From contig JALMLS010000455.1 in assembly GCA_038496445.1 (NCBI GenBank), positions 310,001 through 374,000 of the forward strand: a stretch of DNA of 64,000 nucleotides, given 5' to 3'. The notes beneath the pieces are model-generated. The model was given only the letters and a program-made list of their open reading frames with translations, was not told the DNA's origin and made no database searches. This document shows, piece after piece, positions 13,476-26,091 of the stretch (position 1 is its first letter; each line of letters opens with the position of its first letter). This DNA is from Trichosphaerium sp. ATCC 40318. Taxonomy: Eukaryota; Protista; Tubulinea. Position numbers and translations under genes: made by a program.

Positions 13476-15189
13476 ATGGAAGGTATTTTATGGAAGCAAG
13501 GAGATAAGTTTAATACGCGTTGGAAAAAGCGCTTAGTTAAACTGATAAAATACGAACTCGTGTATTTTAAAGATGGCGTAAAAAAGCCTATGGGTCGTAT
13601 TAGCCTACTAAAAGGTGTGTTTATTATTTTAACATTATTTCTCGCTTTTCTTTTTGGTCGGCGCTTGTATTGACTATTCCGTAGCTACTAGTGTATCAAC
13701 ATGCGCTAAAACCGAGAAGCAGAGGTTTGGCTTTCAAGTAAGCGACCAATACGGTTTTTACATTGCGCGTTTAATGGAAACACTAACCAGCGTTAATGTA
13801 GATTATTACAAAAGAGCGTACATGGCATTTGTGTTCCGCAACTGCTGATGAGCGCGAATGCTGGATTAATACCATACAAAGTGTACTCGATACCATAGAC
13901 AAGGTTAGTACGCCACCATCGTTCACTTTGACGAGCTGGAATTCTTGAGAAACCCAAATGTCACTCACCCTGAACTAGCGCGTTGAAAACGGAGAAATGT
14001 TATCAGTATCAAGCAGATTATCGTACGGACAAATATTTTTTTCTTTTGTAGCCAAGACGACCAACACTTTTGTTTTCCAGCAATTCAGTAGACAGCCAAA
14101 CATATGACTACGCTGATTCGAGTCCTGGAAGCTCTATAATCATAGACAGAAGTGATCTTGTATCGTATGACTCTAACACATCGAGAGACACTAGTTTCCT
14201 AATGAGCAGCTCAATACCAGAATCAGTAGAAAACGTACAATCATGTGCGTCAAATTTTTTTGTAAAGAAAAGCTGACCTCTTCGTAATAAAGCTTCTGCG
14301 ACTTCTTTGGGAAGCCACTTTTCAGTGCAATCAGAAGCTTCTACAGAAAATATAGAGGAACCAGATACAATAGAAGATCTTTTAGAGAAACTAGGAGGTG
14401 ATATGGCAATGTTCGAATTAGAAGAAGAAATGGCTGAAGAGAAACCTAAATTTTTACTCGCCCAAAATGGTACGCGTAAAAAAAAAAAAAAAGAAAAGCA
14501 AAGCTACTTATTATGGTAAAAAGTGCTAAGGCGTTAAGTAAAGCGTACAGTACAAATTATTAAAATTTTTTTGTGTACCGGCGACTTTTTTCCGCTTTGA
14601 AATCATTCTACAAATATAAAAAACGTGGTGTAAGAAGCCCAACACTCACCTGAAAGATTGTTTTTTGAGTTTTTTTTTTTTGGTACAAATGTTTTTCTCA
14701 TGTTGATTGTTTTATTAGGCGATACACACCAATTACGCGATTCTAGCGAATTTATATCATCTCATGGTGGCTTTTCTACTTTAGAACCGAGATTGGCAAC
14801 TTCTCTACCTGTAGATATACCTAAGCATCTACTTGCTGGTAAACCTTCTTTACCTGATAAGAGTGTACAACAATTCGCCAAAGAACCTACTGTACGTACT
14901 CTACAAAAATTAAGAAAGTTCCCAAAACAAAAACAGAAAAACTCAAAATTTTTTGGGCATTTGCCCAAATTTCTGCAATTCTCCGCTTTCTTCAATGTTC
15001 TTATTTTATTGTTATTTGCCTTCTTGTATCAAATAATTGTATTAATCATCATATTCAAAGGGTAATGCAGCTTTTGTAAAGCCTCATGTTTTGGCTGCTC
15101 AAACGTACCAAGAGCATTACATGCAGCGATTTGGTAGGTGTTTTGATGTACCTTTATCACAGACACGTAAAGTGAAGGCTGTCATGTAA
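13476..15189 (+). CDS. N-terminal PH-domain protein with Ser/acidic low-complexity tail
   Basis: MEGILWKQG..RWKKR..LVYFKD..PMGRISL..FGFQIITKERTWHLCSATADERECWINTIQ. Confidence 0.85.
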
Positions 15190-15880
15190 ACATATTTTTT
15201 CTCGTTTTTTTTTGGCGTCGCTCTCCTGCTTCAAGGTCTTTAACCCGAAGCTCCATGAGCAGAATAACAACCAAAGAAAAACGATTCACTCACTCCACAC
15301 CACATTCTCACCTCTACCCTTGTACTATACTAAGAAATAAATCTAACATTCAAATGTAATAACTTTCTTGCAAATTTGATAAAGTGGAGGTGCTTTGTAA
15401 TAAGTGACTGGAATAACAAAGTGATTGATTTTCACACCAAAAATAGTCTGATAATATCCCTTCGTTTGCTACTTACGTGGGCGTTAAAATACCAGCTTTT
15501 AAACCTTGTCGGTAGCCCTCTCAGATAATTCTTCCTTATTGCAAACACAACAAAAGCGGCAAAAGGTGACTAGTAAGAAGTCCTTCATGGTGCCAAGAAA
15601 CCGTCAACTACAGTGACTCTAAGAAGAAAGCGGATAGTAAAATTAAGCGCAGAAAAGATTTTGTACACTAAAGCGCAAGGATACCAACCAAGTGTACCAA
15701 TAGCACAAAAAAGAAATGAAGGAAAAGATTAAAGCAAAATAATTTTTACTAACAAATCAATGTAAAATCTATCATTTTGTTTTGCATCCCTTTAGAATAA
15801 AGTAATTATGTATTGATGAAGCAGTTGAAGGTTAATAGACTGTCATCAATGTCATCAGTACTCCTAGTGTCAAACCTAAA

Positions 15881-17763
15881 CTATTTATTATCTTTACTTG
15901 CCAGATTGAGATCAATTGATAGATTGTTCTGTAGGTTTAAAGTGAGTCTTGGTTAAACAAGATTTTAAAATACGCTACAGTACCTCAGCATCAATGGAAG
16001 CATTGGGTTTATCGCTCCATGCCTTATGGGATATCACGTCATGAGTGGCAATAGGTGAAGGCGGTTCATCTTTTCTTTCGCTTTTGTCACCAGGTAGATT
16101 ACCACGTGTTTCATTGGAATGGTCGCTCTTCTGTACAAACTTTGTAAGCAAGAAATATTATTGTATTAAATAGTACCTCAATAAGGCGATCTTCTTCAAG
16201 TTTTTTAAGGACCTCAGCAGCGTCTTGAAGAAACTTTAAATCTTCTGCAGCACCTCCAAACTTTGTGTATTTGTGTTCTGGATCATTATGGGCTTTTGAC
16301 AAGTACTTGTCTTTTGGGTCTGCTTTCAATTTTGATCGCATCTCTTCTAAATTATTCTGATCAGTTCCATCTTCAGTTTCCGCATCAGTGTCTGTATAAG
16401 ATTTAAGTACATCGAAAAGATAGATACGGATATCTATAAGAAACATACCTTGTTCCAAAGGAGTTGGTAGATGTTCTGATTCACCTAGTTAAAGAAAAGT
16501 CATAAAAGCATATCCTTAGGGTTTGAAACAAACTACCTTTTTTCAAGTTCTCGATGTATCTTAGTATTTTATTTGCATATCCCAGGGGTATTTTGAGTAA
16601 TAGCATCACTTTAAGGTCCAATCCCAGAAAGTCTTGACCACTGTTGTAAAAGAAAAAGGTAAGTGTTTTTTGAAGTCAGAGAAAATCAATACGTACGTTA
16701 ACTTATGCTCTTTTAATAAGTCAACAAGTTGTGGTTCAATCCTATGAAGAACATACAATACTTGATCACACGTCCAAGTTGAAGGCGCCACTGTTTTATT
16801 TTTACCAGAATATGTGAGAGATATAGGGTCCACCTTAACATTATACTCATCAAGGAAGGTTATCAACTTCATTTCATTTTGTAACCATCTTGCCTCTATG
16901 GTCTTCTCTCCAGGGAATGTGATACTGACATTCTCGCCTGGTATAATCGTGGTATTCTTGTTTGATGTGTTTGAAACCCAAGTACTTTCCAATGCAGTAC
17001 CATCAAGTAAATACAAAGTCGCAAAACTAACATTGTCATCTTTGAATTCGCCATCAAATCTTTGTCCATTTGGCAATGTGAACACTCCTTTGCCGTTTCT
17101 TTTGCCATCTTTGAATTCACCTTCATATCTATCTCCATTTGCCAATGTGAGCGCTCCTTTGCCGTTTCTTTTGTCATCTTTATATTCACCTTCATATCTA
17201 TTTCCATTTGCCCATGTGTGTTCTCCTTTGCCGTTTCTTTTGTCATCTTTGAATTCACCTTCATATCTATTTCCATTTGCCCATGTGTGTTCTCCTTTGC
17301 CGTTTCTTTTGTCATCTTTATATTCACCTTCATATCTATTTCCATTTGCCCATGTGTACACTCCTTTGCCGTTTCTTTTGCCATCTTTATATTCACCTTC
17401 ATATCTATTTCCATTTGCCCATGTGTGTTCTCCTTTGCCGTTTCTTTTGCCATCTTTATATTCACCTTCATATCTATTTCCATTTGCCCATGTGAACTCT
17501 CCTTTACCATTTCTTTTGTCATCTTTATATTCACCTTCATATCTATTTCCATTTGCCCATGTGTACACTCCTTTGCCGTTTCTTTTGTCATCTTTGAATT
17601 CACCTTCATATCTATCTCCATTTGCCAATGTGAACACTCCTTTGCCATTTCTTTTGTCATCTTTGAATTCACCTTCATATCTATCTCCATCTGCCCATGT
17701 GAGTACTCCCTTGCCATTATGAACTCCATTTGGATAGATAACATTGTATAATTGGTTACCCAT
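15881..17763 (-). CDS. MORN-repeat/SAM protein (copy B, inverted paralog), MG N-terminus, lacks the terminal SAM-like domain
   Basis: MGNQLY start; 10 MORN units; near-identical to copy A from the last repeat to DLNLA, then SKDNK-stop. Confidence 0.85.
17030..17716 (-). repeat. 69-bp coding tandem repeat (MORN array B, 10 units)
   Basis: Highly homogeneous 69-nt units. Confidence 0.9.
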
Positions 17764-18948
17764 TATACAAAACCTACAAGAACAGTTAACAAAACTCCTC
17801 AAAATTATCACGTGACTACATAAAAAACGGAACCCAAAAGCTTCCAAACAAACCAAATCACTGTTCCTGTTAGCTAATTCGTGTTGCACGTGGCAGGTGA
17901 ATTACAGCGTGTTTGAAATTATTTAGGTACGTTCGTCATTCAAAAACAGGTTACCTTTTCAGACACTCTCTTTTCTGATCGCCTTTTTTTGTTTGTTTGC
18001 GCTCAAAGATAAATAATCGTTTAATGACGTCTAACGTCGATTGAACCGCGAGTGGATCTTAAACGTTTATTAAATCAAGTAGAGATACCTAGCACTTGAA
18101 GTCCGCAATACTACTGATTACAACGAACGGTTTATTGCTTCGTTAAGCGTTTCAAGCTAAAAAACGCGCTTAATAAGTGGTATCACTTAATTTGTTTCTT
18201 TTCGAAAGAATGGCGCTCTTCCCTCAAAAGAATGAGATGCTCAAGGACTGAGCTAAAGGACAAGTAAATCTTCTTATCTTGGCTCATGTTTAAAGCCGTT
18301 TAGGATTTGATCTGAAATAATGGCTGTACACGTGTTTTACCCGTTACAGACGTTTGGGTAAACTTGAGTTGACTTCGTATAAATCAACCGACAAAGCTTA
18401 AACAACATGGCAAGCAGCAATCACCCATCCCACCCAAAAATTTCCTTTTCAATTTGTTTTAAAAACTGTAAAACCTTTCTTTTATTTTCCAAGTGTTCTT
18501 GTATAATATAACAAATGCTTGGCGCTGCGCTAGAGCCACAAGACATTTTGTCTTCCTCCCAACATCGTCTTAGTTAGTGTTCCTTGGTTAGTTGATAGAA
18601 GAAAGTCAACTGAGAGTGTTAGAACTCTAACGCTATTTTGTGGTAACGCTAAGCCTGATTTTTTGAGACGGTTTGTGAACATAGGTAGCCTTTTGAAACT
18701 CTGCAAGCTATATTAGTGTATCCTTATGGATAACTTTATGTCAGCATAAGTACAAAAAGTCACGTGTGCTACAAAGGGAGTGGCCTTTTTAAAAGTAGGC
18801 TTAGCCTTACATTAAAATAACGCTATTTCAGGTCAATCCCTTAACAGCCTCGAGGTGTTATGTTAATTTGTCATACAAAAGCTCAAGGTAAACAGTATCT
18901 TCTTGTACCATTTAGCCTGTGTCGCCACTTTAGCTTTCTACTGCCTCT

Positions 18949-19280
18949 TCAAACTATTGTCTTATTGGGGTAGTACATTTGGTGTTGTATTGACACATCA
19001 CCTGCAAGGGTATTAAGCGGACACGGGATAAAATACATTAAAGGGAAAGGAAGACACTTTTTATCAGTTGTTATTTTGTTAACCTCCAAAAAGTGGCTCC
19101 ACACGATTGCTGTCTGCTCTGCGATCTCAGCTTCTATTATGTCAATCTGTTTCTCTTCTTCGGTCATAGTACCTTCAAGAGAAAGCTGTTATGCCATATG
19201 AGCAATCAATCTCAACTTCTTCAGCAGCTAGTTCATCCCATTATAGTTGTACTTTTTATACTAATAGTTTCTTAACTCTC
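18949..19280 (-). pseudogene. Orphan coding-like fragment
   Basis: 72-aa ORF MTEEEKQIDIIEAEIAEQ..; upstream frame contains stops; no family recognised. Confidence 0.25.
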
Positions 19281-19462
19281 CTTACATAAAAAAACGATCA
19301 ACAAAACTCTAAACAACCTGTACATTTATACAGAAACCGTTTAGGTTAACACGCTGTATCCAGTTAGAACATTAGTTGAATACTTTTCAAGTATTTCTTG
19401 CTTTTTTACGGAAAGCCTTCAGTGAAGTTAAGAAGAAACAACACAAATAAACAACAACAAAC

Positions 19463-20416
19463 ATGTCTAACAATAGACCAACAATACAAATAAACTACCT
19501 AGGAGATGACTTTAACCCTGACATGAGGTTGAAGACCTCAGAAGTTGAAACTCTTTTAAAAACTAATATATTACGTTGCGTACATACGCAAGAGCGAAAG
19601 AGAGCAATTAAATGGAATATAGCTGAGTACGTTAAGCGTACAATACTACAACCGCTTCTGTTTCTCCTAAACACCTGCGCTCTCGTTTAATGAGCTATTG
19701 CGACAGTTATAACGTTTTCTAACAATACTTTTAGTAACGGGTTCGAATTATGTCATACAGACGATAATCATCTACTAAGCGCATTGACTAACATGTCTAA
19801 AGACTACGGAAGGGAAAACAGAGTTATTTTAAGAAGCACTGTTGAAAATTACTTGACTTTATGGGGAAGACAAAATAATATTGAATTTACGCATGTCATT
19901 GCAGTTGACGCTGTTTATCGATCTTCTGATCCTTCAAATCAATTTTCTACTATAAGTATGGCACATGTTGATTTTCCTAAACGCGCTTGGGGACGTACAT
20001 TGAGGTTCTTTAGAGACAGGTGGGAAGAGAAAGTTCAAAATAAGATTGGCGAAAAAATAACAAGTGAAGAATACGAACACTTACCTGTCACAAAAATGGT
20101 GAATGTATGGATGCCCCTCGGTCCTGTAGGCGCTAAACCGCTGGCGATACTTGATACTTCTACTATGACTAATAAAAGGGACGAACTGGTGAGGTATACA
20201 GGCGTTAGACGTTTTGACAAGTGTTTTGAAGCTATTGGTGTTAAATATAGGCCGGAACACAAGTGGCACAGTTTCCCTGATATGGATCTTGGCGATATTC
20301 TTGTATTTGACTCTAACTCAACACCACACACAGCTATTCCTGGTGATAGTAATTCTCCTCCAAGAAGAAGTGTAGAAACGCGTTGTATGTTTGTAAATCT
20401 AAAAAAAGAGAGTTGA
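19463..20416 (+). CDS. CmcJ/NvfI/AsaB-family oxidoreductase (2OG/Fe-type HxD...H), one intron
   Basis: GFEL, AHVDF, VNVWMPL.PV..KPLAILD, HKWHSFPDM...ILVFD, TPHTA, PPRRSVETR; intron at about 19627-19735. Confidence 0.85.
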
Positions 20417-20809
20417 TAATATTACCATTCGCTGTTTGTCTCATAAGGTGTACACGAGGTTCACCAATAGGGTTTGTAGTGCGTTCATCGGAGATGTGGT
20501 GATACAGGTATCACGTGATATGTTGACGTTATCAGCTACACGGAGTTTTGAAAGGAATAAGTGGTTCTTTCACAAAATCACACCTCTGACGCAAACAGAC
20601 AACTGTCAATGGTCAGTTAAGATACGGACCAACTCCGAGCGTACATAGTAGCTTGGTTTGGTCTATATTAATACTATTCTAGCGATTACATCAAAAGATA
20701 TCGATAGTTGTTCAGAACAAGACTTTTTTTTGGTTGACAGCGGTTTATTTTTTTGTTTTTTGCTGACAGTAAAAGTACATTCTAATTTACGAGGGGGGTT
20801 TAGGGTTAT

Positions 20810-22193
20810 TATAATTACAACTAGGTATACAATGTTGTGTGAGTAAAAAAATCGTTTGTGAACTTTTTTTCTTGGTTACGAAAAAAGGGAACCAGGAAAA
20901 ATAAGAATCACCTTGTGGCGGCTAGTGTCTCGTGAAGTGTTTTTATAGCTTGTTCTACGCGTGCACGCTGTTCAGGAGAGTCATTTGGCCTTGTCATTCT
21001 AGCCTAATAATGATTGTTACGTCTCGATACGATTGGACTTCTAGTGAGTGCCTTGAGTAGTTCAATGTTCTTCGCTAGTTCCATCTGTTCCTTTTTCCTT
21101 TTTCTAAATTCAGGTTGGCCCGTTATGCGTGCCTAAGTAAAAGAAGTAAGTACAAGAAACTTTAAAGAAAACCTTTATCACGTGATCAAAACGTGGTAAC
21201 AAAAAAAGAACGTGAGAAAAAAAAACCAAAACGTTTTTTCGTGTGATCTAAATGCGAAACAAACAAGTACCTTTAACAGCTCTATACGCTTTTGTAGCTC
21301 TGTTTGTGCTTTACCGTGCACATCAGAATCAGATCTTGATTTAATTTTGCTGAGATACCTTTCAGTTTCTTTCTTTTGTCTTTTCTCTGTTGACCTTCTT
21401 GATCTTTTTTTCGATGATGGTGTTTTATCTTTTTTACTTTTTGATCCACCGGTAGGCAAGTGAGGTAGGATATTAAAGCTGTCTGTAAGTGTATTCGATC
21501 TTCTAAGGCGTCTCTTCACTTCCCTTTCTGACTTACGTCTCTCACCTGTGGTGTGAAGTAAGTAAGTAAATTCTCAAAAAAAAAAAAAAAAGATAAAAAA
21601 ATCCGGATCGGTGGATTCTCATTCAAAGCCGTACGTTTGAGCTTCGCTTTCCTATCCTCTTTAGGAGAACACCTTTGTCTTGTCTTACATGCATTTTTCG
21701 AACTAGAGGTCTTTCGTATTGATTTTTTTAAAGAGCTTCTTCGTTTCCTTCCTGAAGGCCCGTCACTCTTTGCTCTTTGATGACGCTATGTAACAACGTA
21801 AGTTTAACTCTAACCGTTGAAATAAAATCGAACGAATGAGAATTCTTGTGGGCACTCTACAAAAAACTTTCTAAGGGGGTTATACATACCTGACGGGACG
21901 AGCTACTCTTTCTTCTTACTACTGTTGGTTCAATCTTCGCTATTTCATAGCTATTGTTAGAACCAAATGACTCGTGATCGCTTAGGCTATCATCGTCTGT
22001 TTTGTGGGAAGAGGCAGAAAGGTTTCTGGCGTGTGTCCTCTGGAACAAAAAATAAATCATCTACACGCTACCAAAGGACTCTACAAGGCTCCAAACTAGA
22101 GCCATAGTATCATATGATAAGACACCGTACCTTTCTAACAACTTTAGGTGTTATACGCCAAGGGTTATCTTCCGTTGGTTTCATTACTTCCAT
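20810..22193 (-). CDS. Hypothetical Ser/Lys/Arg-rich multi-exon protein with helical C-terminus; ends approximate
   Basis: MEVMKPTEDNPWRITPKVVRK first exon, basic low-complexity exons, ..RMTRPNDSPEQRARVEQAIKTLHETLAATR; GT-AG introns. Confidence 0.55.
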
Positions 22194-23938
22194 TATACTA
22201 CAAAAAATACAAGGAGATCCGATGAGGGCTTTTGCTTCCTTTCTGTTAGGAACTTTTGAAAAATGAAAATCTTTGTTACACCACCTGTCATTGTGCTTAT
22301 CGCGAGATTGGAAAGTTCCTTGTTAAGGTATATTTTGTCACATGATACTCCGTGATAGTAACATATTTGTAGAATAAGTAGATACTATACAAAACTGAAA
22401 GAAAGGTTTCTCGGGTGAGATATTGTGAACAGATTTTTTTTGACAAAAATCACGTTTCGGAGTTTTGCAGTATTCTTTTTTTTTTTTTTTATGTTTTGTG
22501 ATCTCTACTGCAGTGTTTGGGGAAGGTTAAAGAAAGGTGAAATTACGTCATGCAGTTCAAAGAGGCCATTGCTTGAAAAAAAATAACGTGACATATAACG
22601 CGTTATCGTGTTGTACATGTATGTTTATAGTCAAGACCCCAAAACCTCGTAAGAATTATCACAAAAACTTTTTGTAGTTTTTTATTTTGTGTAGCTAGCG
22701 GGTGCGCTAGGAACAAGAAAAGTTTTGTATCCTCTTTATTTGTTCATAGACGCTATAGTAGAATGTTTCGCCCCAATTGAGAATAACAGCAGAAGTGTAT
22801 AATGTTATCTGAAGAAACCGTTTTAAGAAGTAGAAAAAGCACTTTTGATGGCTTTTTGACGCTATCACCGGATCTTGTGTTATTATTTTAAAATGAACGT
22901 CAACTGTTAACGTGACACGGACATTTTGTGTATACCCAGTGATAGCCATTTTATCATCCAACCATTGATAAAACTAGTCTTAGGTATATCTAAAAACTAC
23001 ATACTCGTTGGTTCTTTTTTGGTTGAACAAACCCGAATATTCGCGTGTTTACCCAAAGAACGGTAACTGTAATATTGCATAATATCTAGCACCACACACA
23101 GGTTTTTTTTGTTAACTACTGTACGCAACTAAAAGAGTTTTTAAACGGGATTTTTTTGCTGTAATTTTAGATTGTTTTTTCTTGACGTACTTCTTTTGTG
23201 TCTCGTATAATCTGTACGGTACTGTCAAAAGACAAGTTATGCACTTTAGACCTTAATAAAGGCGTTTATGGTACGTGTTTTGATTTTTCTTGGGTTGTAG
23301 AATCTTCATCACCGAGACAAACTGACGTGAAGTTTTTTGCATTTTTCTACAGTTCTACAAAATCCTTAGCTTGTTAACGCACGCATTCAGTACGTCATGG
23401 AGAAACTTCGCTCTATGCGTAACGTAAAAAACTGGGTGTGAAAGTATTAAAAAACTAGTTTGTTTTTTTGAAAAGTAGGAAATCAATTCTTTTTTTTGGT
23501 CACGTGGTGCAAAGCCTATCGTTGTAGGTACGTCTTTGTCAAAAAAATAGCTGTTTTTAGAAGCAATAAACTACTATTTTTAGCGTTACATTTTGACACA
23601 AGAGAAGGAGAACAGGAGTTTTTGTCGAATAAAAAAGAAATACAACATTAACACGTGACCTGACACATAAATTGTCTTTGCGAAAAAACCAAAAAAAAAT
23701 CTGACACATTTTACCGTTTGGGTGCGATTTAAATTGTTTGTTAAATGTTTATCAACAGAAAATCTTTTACCTTTTTCCAACCCATGGCGATCGTCTGGAC
23801 TGTATTTCTGCAATAAATAAAAAGTAAATGTTTTTTTTATTTTTTTATTTTCTTGCTCTATTTTTAACAGTTGTACCGTACGTTTTTTTTGTTTCTATCT
23901 ATGGGATGATAAGTTCAAGGTAAAGTAATAAAATCCTC

Positions 23939-24209
23939 AGGGCGTACTGAATGCTTTGGGGAGTGGAGATTGCGTTCACATTCGCTACTGTTAAATAACT
24001 TACACAAGATTTAAACACGCAATGCTGCTGCCTCGGTGTTCGTATGGAGTAGAGCTATCATTTCTGTCACCGCCCTACGAGGTTAAAAAAACTGACCAGG
24101 TGCGGTAGCTTGAAGGTTAGTGGTCTTGAGGCACGCAACATGGGTATGTGGCGAAAAATTAGATTGAACTTTTGTAGAGGCAACTCTGTACGAGTTCAAG
24201 GCGCGTTCT
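23939..24209 (+). ncRNA. Candidate structured, pseudoknotted ncRNA (family not identified)
   Basis: GC-richer island with several mutually compatible helices, G-U pairs favouring the + strand, and a GCAA tetraloop hairpin at 24164-24199. Confidence 0.45.
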
Positions 24210-24818
24210 TCCTTTCTTTGTGTATGTTAACAACTTGGCCGTTGCTTGAGTACCTACCCGTTTAATTTCGCGTTGACAGACGGTTGGCGCAAGAAGATTG
24301 TTTTTCTTTCAAAAGAGTTTTAGTGTCCTGTGCGACTGTTTCCTTTGTAGGTTCAAATTAGCGAGTTCTAAAGATTAATATAGCGTACTGATGTGGAAGA
24401 TACCAAAAACTTGTACCGTTGAAGATACAACACGTGATTTTTTGGTTTTACATTTACGTTCTATCCAAGACGCACTACAGAAGTTTATTTTTAGGCTGCA
24501 AATGGCGTTATTTGGTGTTTGAAGCACCAAAAAAGGTAACTGACCAAGACAATCAACCAGCGAAGAGGCTAGAACGTACTAAGAGGTATCGTATCATGAC
24601 GAAGAAACAGAACGGGACTTGGAGTGGTTTTAGTACGTATAATGCCCGTAGATATCCTTTTCGTGACCTATGACGTCAAGATCATAGTGTGCGCCGCTTA
24701 AAGAAAGACTTTGGCGAACTTGCAGTGAAAAAGAATTTCGCCTTTTTTTTTTTTTTTTGCCAGGGCTACTCGAAACCCTGGTGTATACTACAAAAATACA
24801 CAACAAACATAAGCACAA

Positions 24819-25554
24819 ATGAGCAAATTCGGTGGATCTCCAAAATGCCCCACATGTACTGCAATCTATTTTGAGCTTTCTTCAAAGTCTAATCAACTCC
24901 AAAGGTGGTAAATCTGTATACTTTGCTGAGCAAGTTCTTGCTATTGGAAAAGCATGGTAAGTAACGCGTATCTTGGCAACGAAATTAAAATCACTCCTAG
25001 GCATCGCCAGTGCTTAAAATGTAAGCAATGCAACAAAACACTCCCAAAAGGAAAGGTCGTAGACCATAAAGGTGCGTTATAGCGGTTGTTGCTCGTTTTT
25101 TTCTCTGACGAACAAAAAGGAGAGCCATACTGCAAAGCGTGCTACAATAGCGTAGCTGGATTAAAGGGCTTCGGTCATGGCGTTGCGTCGGAAAGCCACC
25201 ACAGCGGTAGCTCTAAAAAGGTTGTCGGTTACGGTAACAGAGGCGTAGGCAATCGTATGTGCAATGTGTTATTAGAATATCGCGCTAACAGTTTTGTAGA
25301 GCAATCGCATTTGAGCGGACAAGGTTTCAGAGATTCTGGTGTTGTAGGTACGTTATGACGGGTTAACTGTACATCGTAAAACGTAAAACTAAGTCCAGAA
25401 AAAACTGGCACCCTTTTCTGTACAAAAACAGCCTTATCTGTTTTGGCTTACGTAGAGCTTAGGAAACAACAAAAGATCAAACTTTTGCGGTAACTGTGGA
25501 GCTGCCCGTGGCAGTGGTAACTTCTGTGGAAATTGCGGCTCAAAGTACGCATAA
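24819..25554 (+). CDS. Small CRIP/CSRP-like LIM protein with Gly-rich linker and C-terminal double-CxxC zinc ribbon
   Basis: CPTCGKSVYFAEQV..WHRQCLKCKQC..PYCKACY..KGFGHG; tail FCGNCG..FCGNCGSKY. Confidence 0.9.
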
Positions 25555-25799
25555 ACCTTGTAATTGATTATTAATTACGTGAGTACACTCACGTCTAAGT
25601 AAAAAGAATATATTTAACCATTTTAACCAACAAAGCACTTTTTGTTTCGCTTTCATCGTTCTGTTAGTTCCATTACCCCTATTGCAACTCCAGTGTTATT
25701 ACGAAACTAAAACTTACTTGCATTGAAATTCCTGTGTCATGGCGTTTTACGCGCTGTGACGCCATGTGAGGTGGCGTTTGAATACCAGGGTGCCAATAT

Positions 25800-26025
25800 C
25801 ACTAGCATCGATGGGTATTTTGGTTATGTAGTATCGCATTTTTTATTGGGCTACTTGTTTACCATCTTTATCACATTGTAGTGTTAGTTTTCCGTTTTGG
25901 TCCCATTGTTTTTACCAGCACTTGTATAAACCTTCACGTTCACCATAAAACTGAGTCAATCATTGTTTCATTAGTCCGTTGGGATACCATTCTTTTTGTT
26001 CACCATGGGTAATGCTGGCCTTTAC
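25800..26025 (-). pseudogene. MORN_2 (YwqK-like) repeat relic
   Basis: HGEQKEWYPNGLMKQ*..GEREGLYKCW*KQWDQNGKL with in-frame stops. Confidence 0.6.
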
Positions 26026-26091
26026 ATTGAAAGAGGTAAAAATAGGCAGTTGAAAAAAAAACCCAAACTTTACTAATTTTTACAACACATA

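Noticed and set aside
17030-17716. Repeat array as CRISPR
   Set aside because: Contiguous coding repeats with no unique spacers, no cas genes, eukaryotic context.
6755-17751. Long antisense and alternative-frame ORFs over the MORN arrays (6755-7612, 16814-17722, 16896-17744, 17062-17751)
   Set aside because: Shadow ORFs created by a stop-free 69-bp repeat.
24070-24150. TPP riboswitch-like fragments (- strand AUACCC..ACCUGGUCAG..CGUAGGG; also GCUGAGA near 28972)
   Set aside because: Spacing is wrong and the CUGAGA or P4-P5 elements are missing in each case.
24164-24199. Group II intron domain V
   Set aside because: GNRA hairpin of similar size, but the bulge position and triad do not fit and there is no domain VI or maturase.
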